A DNA stretch of 63,998 bases, filler included, from Piptocephalis cylindrospora (taxonomy: Eukaryota): assembly GCA_003614145.1 (NCBI GenBank). It is 14 parts of 14 records of this genome, joined end to end, with 100 filler letters (N's around TTAATTAATTAA, not from the genome) between each part and the next. Parts side by side here need not be neighbours in the genome. Positions count along the whole stretch, not along the records: positions 55,187 to 59,648 come from KZ988522.1; positions 59,749 to 63,998 come from KZ988548.1; 12 more parts are not named here. One strand, written 5' to 3'. Position 1 is the stretch's first letter, and each line of letters begins with the position of its first letter. Below are positions 55,666 through 63,998 of the stretch, one piece after another. Made by a program: the position numbers and the translations under genes. The notes under the pieces are model-generated. The model was not told where the DNA came from, did not search any database, and worked only from the letters and a program-made list of their open reading frames with translations.

Positions 55666-55905
55666 GGTAATGGGGGTGGACCGGATAAGGCTCTCGCTGT
55701 CTGAGAAGGCAGCGTAGTGAACCGAGTGGTTATGCGGGGAGGAGGCGAGAGTATTGGCGATGGTGAGCATAGGAGGGGCATGGGTGTGGGCGCCGATGGA
55801 AGCGCCAAAGAGGATGGTCTTTGGCGGGATGGAGGGCCCAGGATTGGCATGACCCAGGCCTCCGAGGAGGAGTAGGGCGAGGGAGGTCAGCAGAGCGAGA
55901 TGCAT
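55660..55905 (-). CDS. UDP-glycosyltransferase N-terminal fragment with signal peptide
   Basis: MHLALLTSLALLLLGG signal; KTILFGASIGAHTHAPPMLTIANTLA..HNHSVHYAA matches UGT beta1/catalytic His region. Confidence 0.7.
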
Positions 55906-58846
55906 TGAAAAGAGGATGAGAGGGTGGATACGTAAGGGGTGGGGGTGGGGTGGATGATGAAATGGGGAGGATAACCCGGAATGACAGGAAAACGAGGCAC
56001 CCTTTTATACATCCATTTTTTCCTAGTTGAATGTAATGGGGTGATGGGCCCTAGGGTCCAAGGGGCCCTTCCCTAAAAGGGGACAGGATGATTGGAACTA
56101 GTGTTTAGACTTTCTGTTTACGATATCATGTAAAAGGGGCGACGAAGAGGCTTATCTGATGCGTAGTGACCTTGGGAAGGAACGTGAGAGGGTGGACGGA
56201 AGGACATGAGGAAATGCCGGTGCCCGTCTCCACATGAATGATGGACACTGAGATGGAATGGAGAGGAGTTTACTTTCTCCTACTGGCCGTATCACCTTGG
56301 ATACCCGGGTAACAAACAGACCAGGTGACTTTGCCGAGAGAGAGCGGGGGTTGTTGTTATGTGTGTATGCGTGTGTATATGTGTGTGTGTGTGCGGGGAT
56401 GGAGAGGATGTTTCATGTAGTAAGCGTGTCACGCTTCAGGATGGGGAGGGTCCGTGGGACATGAGGGGAAACTCCGCTTGGTCAGCGCGTATCAGAAGCC
56501 TGAAGGGTAGTGGGGTTTGACCAAGGGGATAAGGACGGGGGCTTCTACCCTAGCCGGTTGGCAAGGGAGATAGGAAGTGCAATGAGAGGGGGAGGGGGGC
56601 AGGCCGCGTGCGTGTCTGTCATTGCGTATTTACGTTGACATTCCTTGGGAGGGGAATTCCAGATGTCTTTCGGTCGAAAGGGGATAGATGAAGAAAATGG
56701 TGTAGTGGTCCAGAGACGAGTTGTTGTTTCCTCTACTTTGTTAGAAACGGGAGAGTGCATTGTCATGTCTAATGGTGATTTTGCGGCGCAGACCAACCTG
56801 CTCTCTCCTTGTTGCAGTACAGACTGATCATCTTCTCACACCGCGACCTTGTGCTATAGACGGGCATCTCCATGGGGAGGGATGGGAGGACGGTGTGCAT
56901 CTTCAAGTACTCTATAGTACCATGAACCTATCCTCTTTTCACCTTGGTTGTCAATCCAAGAGCAAAGCGGGTTTGTCTCCTATCACTCTAAACGTTTCAA
57001 CACACATAGGGTGTAGACTTGTCTCTTGAGGACCGACAGCTCTGCCTGACCTTGACCTCACCGACCAAACATATAGCATGGCTGGATGTGTACTGTCTGT
57101 GGCGTAGAGTGTTTAGACGTAAGAGCACATTTGGACGCACTTGCATCGCCTGCAGTGTGAAATGAAGGTGTATTGCCTCATGCGCTGATATTGCGGGAAA
57201 AGGCGCGATGCGGCCGGTGTGATGAAGGAGCTGTCCATGCACCGAGGAGAGCCGTTTGACTCTTTTTATTTCAACATGTAGTGCTGGAGGCTAGGAACGA
57301 AGGTGTCATCTGCCATGAAGAGGGCCAGACACACTGGTGCGGATGAAGGATGTGCATTGGTGGGATAAGGAAAGAGTGTGATCTGGGAACGGCCAATCTT
57401 ATTACCCAGTATAGCCGATATGGGTAGGGGGAAGGGGGAAAGGAGGTGGGTGGGGTCGGATCTGGGCAACCCAGTCCATGTCCAAGTATGTACATCGACA
57501 GGAGGGAAGACGTGAATGGGAGGTTCAGTGATTGTTCCTGGATGGGAGGACGGTCCTGTTGCATGATCATCAAGGAAGCCTTGGCACAAAAGAGAAGCCG
57601 TGTTGAGGGGGAGAAGCACGCCGAGTCCTCGCTCTGAACGGACGTGGGCGCAAAGACAGGGGGCCTGTAGTATGGCGCTCACTTTACTAGGATGTGTGGA
57701 GGATGCACGAGAAAAGAAAAAGGTGTTTTGAGTGGTGAGCCCATTCATTCTCCTTTCCCCTTGGTCCTAGGACTAAAAGGGGGAATGCACCCCCGGGTTG
57801 GATGGATTTAGATCTGCCACTTCCTGAATCGGAAGAGGATGAACACATGACGCTTGAGGAGGGGGATCAGCCTACCTTGCTGACCGGCGACTAGACAATG
57901 CCATGATGTGCGATTTCTTTCCCTTTTCGTGTATGTCAGGAAAAGGGGCATGGTATCGCCTTGAGCGTATGGGGAGGGTGCGTAGAGGGAGACGGTATCT
58001 TAGTTGAGGTGACGGTGAAATCCTGGTCGTTGGGATGAAAGGACAGTGATTGATTGAAGGAGGGTCAATGTAAATGACCTTCTGTGGGAATGATCCATCG
58101 GATGCTTGGAATAGATTCATTGAGTCATTGAGGGTGGAGAGAAAATCGCATGGTGAGGGTGGTTACTCATCGGGATGGACTTTATTCTTGTCCATACACA
58201 CTCCCCCCCTTCCCGATCCTAGTCACACTCGAAAGGCAGCATGGGTCAAGGGAGCCTTGACTAGGCACTATGGCATCGTCTGGGGACGGAAGGAGGCTAT
58301 GCACATATCGGGGAAGGGTGGAGGAGATGTGTTGTTCATGGGGTCGATGCGATGAGGCACTGCCGGGAAAGGGATAATTGGATCACCGATAGGTCCAGAT
58401 CCAATAGTCATACGTTTTCCTTTCTTGGGTCACTTTATCATCCGGGGGGAGGGTCCTCCCGTATGGGGTGGGCACAGGCTTGGCAACTTGAATAGAGCGA
58501 TATGGGGGGAGGGATCTGTCGTTTTGGTTGTACCAATGACTCTTTGGAGCCTTGTCCACGTCAGTATGGGGACCATCATCTGGTTGCTGAGCTTGTTTTC
58601 TGTATCTTGCTCTATACGAACAGTGGTAACAGAGCAAGTCGTTCTCCTTGTGTGGGCGCTCGTGTATCTCACTCCTCCCATCATTTCTCACTCATCGGCA
58701 TTTCGATCTTCACATATGAGGAAGGTGGAAATTCTGTCTTGCCATCCAATCATCCTAGTATTCTCTAGGGACGGAGGGAGTATGGCCCGGTTGATTGGGG
58801 GACGGAAAGATCTAATGCTGGCATATGTATATATGTGTGTCTCTCT

Positions 58847-58849
<3 letters not shown>

Positions 58850-58878
<29 letters not shown>
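58850..58878. repeat. (TG)n microsatellite
   Basis: About 14 TG units, preceded by (TC)n. Confidence 0.9.
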
Positions 58879-58880
<2 letters not shown>

Positions 58881-59748
58881 ATACTTGCCGTATGTGTAAG
58901 GGAAAAAGCACTGTCTAAACTTATACTCTATCCCCTATCTCCTCTCCCTTACCCCTCACCCATCTAGCTAGATACAGATGCAGATATGCACACATTGTGA
59001 CTCTGCCTCTATCCAATTTGGGACACATTCAGTGTGGTGTGCGTAATGTAGATGATGGGCGTGCGGGGATCCAACCAGGGGGAAAAGGAGGGTGTCATGT
59101 AGGGCGATGGTGGTGGTGGTGGTGATGGTGATGATCTTTGTACTGCCCAATACATTATTCGATGTCCTAGTGTGAAACGCACACACAGACACAGTCTCCA
59201 TCCCATAGCAGGCGATTGACCCCTCCCCCTTTCCCTCCACCACTGACCTCCCATTATCTACTGCCAACCTGTGCTGCAGCTCTCTTCTCCGCACGGCCAA
59301 TGCTTCTCCCAGGCCCAGTCCAATCCAGCCTAGTCATCATCTCCCATTCTTTTTCAATTCCCCTCCTTCCTTCCATCGCCAGCCCTTTGCATTCATAGCC
59401 ACACACACACATACACACATACAAAGGTATTGGCAGAGGGAGAGCGAGGGAGATTCTCTAAAACTTCCGACCACCTCCTCCCCCCTCCCCCCTGTCCCCG
59501 TCGCCCCGCCTTCTCCCTCTGTCCTGCTCACGCCTTCCGCCCCCGCTGCCCGGGTGGTCCCCCTTCCTTCGTCCCCGTCCCTTTCTGCGCTCCCGTCTCG
59601 CGCTGGCCCCCTTACCCCCCCTCCTCTTCTACTCCGGGTTGCGCCCCCNNNNNNNNNNNNNNNNNNNNNNNNNNNNNNNNNNNNNNNNNNNNTTAATTAA
59701 TTAANNNNNNNNNNNNNNNNNNNNNNNNNNNNNNNNNNNNNNNNNNNN

Positions 59749-59942
59749 GCCGAGCTTCCCAAGGGAAGGAGGAACCACGTTTTGTGCCCTTTATCTGTTG
59801 CTGTTTCTTGAGCTTGATGTCTTGCGGTTGGGCTTCCTGGCCTGGCTACTCCCCCGCCAGTCCTCTCTTACCTACTCAGCTAGATTGACATGTCTATGTC
59901 TACATCCCACTCCACATCGTCATAAAAACCGCGCCTTCATGG
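59749..59942. repeat. Dispersed repeat, copy B (possible LTR-element fragment), truncated by contig edge
   Basis: Aligns to 41900-42094. Confidence 0.85.
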
Positions 59943-60569
59943 TTATGATGTTCTTTCCTGTATTAAGATAATCTTTGCTTGAAAAATATTCTCTTTTTTA
60001 TGTGAAAAATTTCACTCTTCATGAACTTCCAACCGATGAAACGAACAGATGGGGCTCGTTCCCCGCCTTTACGTCCTCCATTTACCTCATCTACCTTATC
60101 AGCCTGATATAACTGAGAGATATGATTCCAGTACCACTTGGTATATGTATTATATTGCGTATTGTTTCCTGTGTTGATATTACAATAATTCACATAGAAT
60201 AAACTGTATGTCTAAAAACATTCAGTGCAATAGAAAATGCCTCTTTTTCTCTCTCTAAAAGCAGAACAAGTATAGCTGCGAACCTAGTGTCTGTTTAGTC
60301 GAGAATTCATGTGGTAGGTCTAAAGTCCCTATAGAACCAACACGACGCGATCAGGAATCACATAGTCCTTTAGAAAAAGATATTGAAAATAGGAGCCCTT
60401 TGGGCAGGCAAGGGGAGGAAAGGCCATAATTTGGAGCCAACTCCTCAGTGTATCATCGATCATGATTATGCCATAAAATCATCACTCCAATCATAAAAAT
60501 CAAATACAATTATTTAACCCATATATTTTGAGATCTATTAAATTAATCTATCAAAAATTATTTTTATTG

Positions 60570-60654
60570 CCGGAAATAGCTCAGTTGGTAGAGCGGTGGA
60601 CTGTAAGAATTTGCTGTCATCCATAGGTCGCTAGTTCGAATCTGGCTTTCCGGA
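60570..60654 (+). tRNA. tRNA-Tyr(GUA) with 12-nt intron (60607-60618)
   Basis: Acceptor CCGGAAA/TTTCCGG, D-arm TAGCTCAGTTGGTAGAGC, anticodon stem GTGGA/TCCAT with CTGTAA, T-arm GCTAG-TTCGAAT-CTGGC, downstream T-runs. Confidence 0.96.
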
Positions 60655-60885
60655 TATATTTTCCTTTTGTGAGTGTGTAAATGATGGTTCCGAAGCGAAG
60701 GATGCGCGGGGCGAGTGTATCCATTGTTGCCACTATTTATCCTTCTATTTGGCCAGGGAGAAAGGGCATCGCTCTGTAGTGCCCCCCTTTTCTGACTTGT
60801 CTAGCCCAAGAGCCCTCGAAAAAGCTTGGAGCACCTAATGGTAGGACGTTCCTTCCTTGTTGCTCCCGTCCCTCCTATCATAGGT

Positions 60886-61488
60886 ATGTCCCTCCTCTCT
60901 CGACTATCCACCCTTTTCCCCTCTCCTTTTGCTTCCTCGGCGGTCAAGCAACAGACCCGAAGCTTGACCCTACTCAATGGCCCCCGGAGATTCCGGTCGA
61001 GAAAGAGTCAGAAGGGACGAATTCCTGTTCCGCTTGGAGGCTCGACAGCTGGAACCTCCCTGCAGTTCGGCACGTTTGGTCTTCGCGTCCTTCAGGGCTC
61101 TCGGCTCAAGGCGGCAACTCTGCATGCAGCACAAACCACGCTGAAGCGGAAGCTCAAGGCGGTGAAGGGGGCGCAAATCTGGACCCGAGTTTTCCCTGCC
61201 ACTCCCATTACCAGTAAAGGTAATGAAACGCGTATGGGTAAGGGCAAGGGAGCTTTTGATCACTGGGCTGTCCGAGTTCCCCAGAACCGAATTCTCTTTG
61301 AGATTGGCGGTCCCGACCTCCATGACCAGGTGGCGCGGGATGCATTGAAGCAGGTGACGGACAAGTTGCCTGTCCGAACCGAATTTGTCGTTCGAGGTAC
61401 CGATCGGCCCCTTTTCCCCTCCAACCGCATCCTTCGGTCAGGCCTTCCTGGCACCCAAACATCCTCTTCCGTAGCGGAAGCCAAGTGA
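60886..61488 (+). CDS. MRPL16: Mitochondrial ribosomal protein uL16m
   Basis: Presequence-like N-terminus; RKSQKGRIPV, FGTFGLR, KGNETRMGKGKGAFDHWA, DKLP. Confidence 0.95.
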   Translation: MSLLSRLSTLFPSPFASSAVKQQTRSLTLLNGPRRFRSRKSQKGRIPVPLGGSTAGTSLQFGTFGLRVLQGSRLKAATLHAAQTTLKRKLKAVKGAQIWTRVFPATPITSKGNETRMGKGKGAFDHWAVRVPQNRILFEIGGPDLHDQVARDALKQVTDKLPVRTEFVVRGTDRPLFPSNRILRSGLPGTQTSSSVAEAK

Positions 61489-61777
61489 GGAATGGTGTGA
61501 GGGGTGAGGGGAGGGGGGATAGAAATTAGGTGATGGTGGGGGATGATTAAAATTGAACGAATGGCCGATTTTCCTATCACAAATGGCCCCATGGATAAGT
61601 GTCTGATTTTGATACCTAGGGGGGAATGGCATACGCCACAGACAATAGGAATGAGCCTTTCCCTTCTCACTCCATCTCATTATATACGACACATTTAAAA
61701 AGGAAATTCAACCATCTTCTTTATACGTCATCTCCACCTCTTCCTCATCCCCTCAGGAGCAACCCAAGTAAGACACA

Positions 61778-63388
61778 TTAGGCCACGGGGATGACACAGG
61801 TTTCCGAGGTAGCAGAGTCAAGGGCACGGAGCCCAGCGCGAAGCTCTCCTCCTTCAATGGCCTGGACGGTCAACTCAACCTCCTCGTCCGCCTTGAGTCC
61901 GGTCAGGGCCAGCTCGGCAATAAGCTTTCGCTCAGCGAGGGCGGGCTTGGCAGCCTTCTCATCCTCCTCCTCGGGGGCAGGAGCATCTTTCTCTCCCTCG
62001 TAGAGGGCAACATAGGCAGACCCGTCGGCCGAGGCCTTAGTGTGGACGATCCTCCGGGAGGGGATCGGGGTGGAATGATAGAGGATGGGATGGAACGCGC
62101 CCTGGGCATCGACGACTCCGACCGTCTTGGAAGTGTGAGAGGCGCGACGAGCATCGTCCTTGAGGGCGCTGGCCAGAAGATCGGCATCCTCGGAGGCGTA
62201 ATCGTTCAGGAGACCAGCCTGGACAGCGGCACCGCGGGCAAGGACCTCATCGGCAGTAATCTCAGACCGAATGCGGGTGGAGCCACCGGAAAAGAGCGAA
62301 GCTAGGCGGGACTGGAGTTTGGGAATACGGGAGGAGCCACCAGCGAGGATGACTTCGGAAATCTGGTCGTTACGGAGGCCGACCTTCTGGATGAGAGCTT
62401 CGACGTCCGAGGCAACCTTACCGTAGACCTTGCTGCACATAATGTCGAAACGCATCCGGTTCAGGGTGCTGGAAAGATCCAGGCCTTGGGCGAGGGACTC
62501 GACAGTACAAGGAGCAGAATTGGAAGAACTCAAGGTCTTCTTGGTGCGCTCACACTCGGCCCGGAGCTTGCCCTCGGCCTTGACATTACCGGTGATATCG
62601 ATATTGTGCTTACGCTTGAACTCATTAGCAAAGTGCTTCATCAGGAGCTCATCCAGGGTGGTGCCGCCCAGCTCGGGGTCCTGGGAGGTACCAAGAATGG
62701 TGGAAGTACCGCCACGGACAGCAACAACGGCCAGCTTCAGAGAGCTACCGCCAAAATCAAAGACCAGGACGTTCTCATCGGTCTTGCGCAGCTCAGCAGG
62801 GGACTTGCCGGCCTGGTAGGCGAGGATGGCGGCGGCAGGTTCCGAGATGAACTGGAGGACGGGAAGGCCAGCGGTGGCACAGGCTGAGGTCGTCTCAGCC
62901 AGAAAGGCGGGGCTGGCATCGGCGGGGACAGTAAGACAGACCCCGGCGAGGTCGGAACCCACGTAAGCCTGAGCTGATTCGCGAAGACGAGTCAGGAGCT
63001 TGGTGGTGACTTGTTCAGGCGTAAAGGATTCCTTGACGTCCCCGGCGCGCGACACCTGGTAGACCAAACGGCCCTCAGTGCCGGAGGTCAGGGTAAAGGG
63101 ATGCCTGGACCGGTGGAGGTCGACGGTAGGGGAGTCGGCGGGGAGACCAAGAAGGGCAGTGAACTCAACCAGAGTGTTGGCGGCATTCCGACCTTCCTGG
63201 GCCTTGGCTTGGGTACCGGAGAATTCCTCGTCCTGGCCAAAGGCGACAACTGAGGGCGTCAAGTGGTCACCGTCCTCGTTGGCGATCACGTCAGCGCTAC
63301 CCTCCTGAGTTAGGACCGCGAGGGCAGAGTAATGGGAACCAAGGGAGAGTCCAACTACGGGAGCAGGCTTGTCTTCGCTAGCGGACAT
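61778..63388 (-). CDS. SSZ1: Ribosome-associated complex Hsp70 subunit Ssz1
   Basis: Atypical Hsp70, 536 aa, lacking the C-terminal lid; VIANEDGD, SEPAAAILAY, VFDFGG, LAGGSSRIPKL. Confidence 0.88.
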   Translation of the reverse strand: MSASEDKPAPVVGLSLGSHYSALAVLTQEGSADVIANEDGDHLTPSVVAFGQDEEFSGTQAKAQEGRNAANTLVEFTALLGLPADSPTVDLHRSRHPFTLTSGTEGRLVYQVSRAGDVKESFTPEQVTTKLLTRLRESAQAYVGSDLAGVCLTVPADASPAFLAETTSACATAGLPVLQFISEPAAAILAYQAGKSPAELRKTDENVLVFDFGGSSLKLAVVAVRGGTSTILGTSQDPELGGTTLDELLMKHFANEFKRKHNIDITGNVKAEGKLRAECERTKKTLSSSNSAPCTVESLAQGLDLSSTLNRMRFDIMCSKVYGKVASDVEALIQKVGLRNDQISEVILAGGSSRIPKLQSRLASLFSGGSTRIRSEITADEVLARGAAVQAGLLNDYASEDADLLASALKDDARRASHTSKTVGVVDAQGAFHPILYHSTPIPSRRIVHTKASADGSAYVALYEGEKDAPAPEEEDEKAAKPALAERKLIAELALTGLKADEEVELTVQAIEGGELRAGLRALDSATSETCVIPVA

Positions 63389-63998
63389 GATGTGAGAGAG
63401 AAGGTGGCAAGAGATGGAGGTGGTACGGGGACAACAGGGATGGAGGAGAAGAGGGGGGATGGGTGAGGGTGGGTTGGCTCTGAGTACGGGTGGTTGGTCT
63501 TTTTGGGCAGGCGGAGAAGATTAGGTGCTAAAGGTAGTGTGAAGGGATAACAATTGGAGGGCTGATCGTTGTAAGGCACAACAGGGAGAAAATGTGGAAA
63601 AAGCAAAAAAATACACAAGGTGCACAATACGTGCAGTAAAGGGATAGTGGTGGGCCCAAGCTCTTTGGTTTTATTATGCGTACCATCATTTGATGGACGG
63701 ATAAAGAGGAGATGAATGGGAGGAAGCGGTATTATCACTTGATAATCATCCAAGATCACTAGGTTTTGAAACCATCTCCTGGTCATTGGATGCACATTTT
63801 GGTATATTTATCGAAGTGTTCTACGGATCATGTCAAGTTCATCCGAGATGACGCCCAGATCAGACTTAAAGTACGAATTACGAATGCTGCTTCAGATGCT
63901 GACGAGAGCCAAAAGGAGGACGGCCATTGAAAGGGGGGACAATGGAGAAATGGGAGGAGAAATGGAGGAGGTTACAGGAGAAGATAGGAGGGATCGGA

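Noticed and set aside
63808..63927. Short minus-strand ORF with in-frame TGA (possible selenocysteine/readthrough)
   Set aside because: No redox motif or SECIS seen; more simply a terminal exon after an AG acceptor of a gene outside the window

Overview
Eukaryotic (fungal) DNA. The window is not one locus. It is 14 short contigs (about 4.46-4.54 kb, sorted by decreasing length) joined by 100-nt artificial spacers (N44-TTAATTAATTAA-N44), so neighbourhood across spacers is meaningless. Short GT-AG introns, gene content and amplification-type chimeras fit a fragmented, probably single-cell/MDA assembly of an early-diverging fungus (Zoopagomycota-like; inference only). Recognisable genes: thymidylate synthase, Ste20/PAK kinase, B-box+DUF2009 protein, PPR protein, SOF1, DID4/VPS2, PCF11, secreted subtilase, ABCA transporter, She10-like membrane protein, YdfG-type SDR, ARPC2, metacaspase, CorA/Alr Mg transporter, REV1, probable FHIP/FAM160, Rab5, bacterial-type Fe-S L-serine dehydratase, a UGT split by an inversion, tRNA-Tyr, MRPL16 and SSZ1. 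Best leads: (1) a two-copy repeat whose differences are all transitions, mostly CpA/TpG<->TpA (RIP-like); (2) a 725-nt hairpin-rich intron downstream of the PCF11 CID exon; (3) an intron-containing, probably mitochondrial [4Fe-4S] serine dehydratase; (4) an MCB cluster upstream of thymidylate synthase. No multi-gene novel system can be supported from this window.
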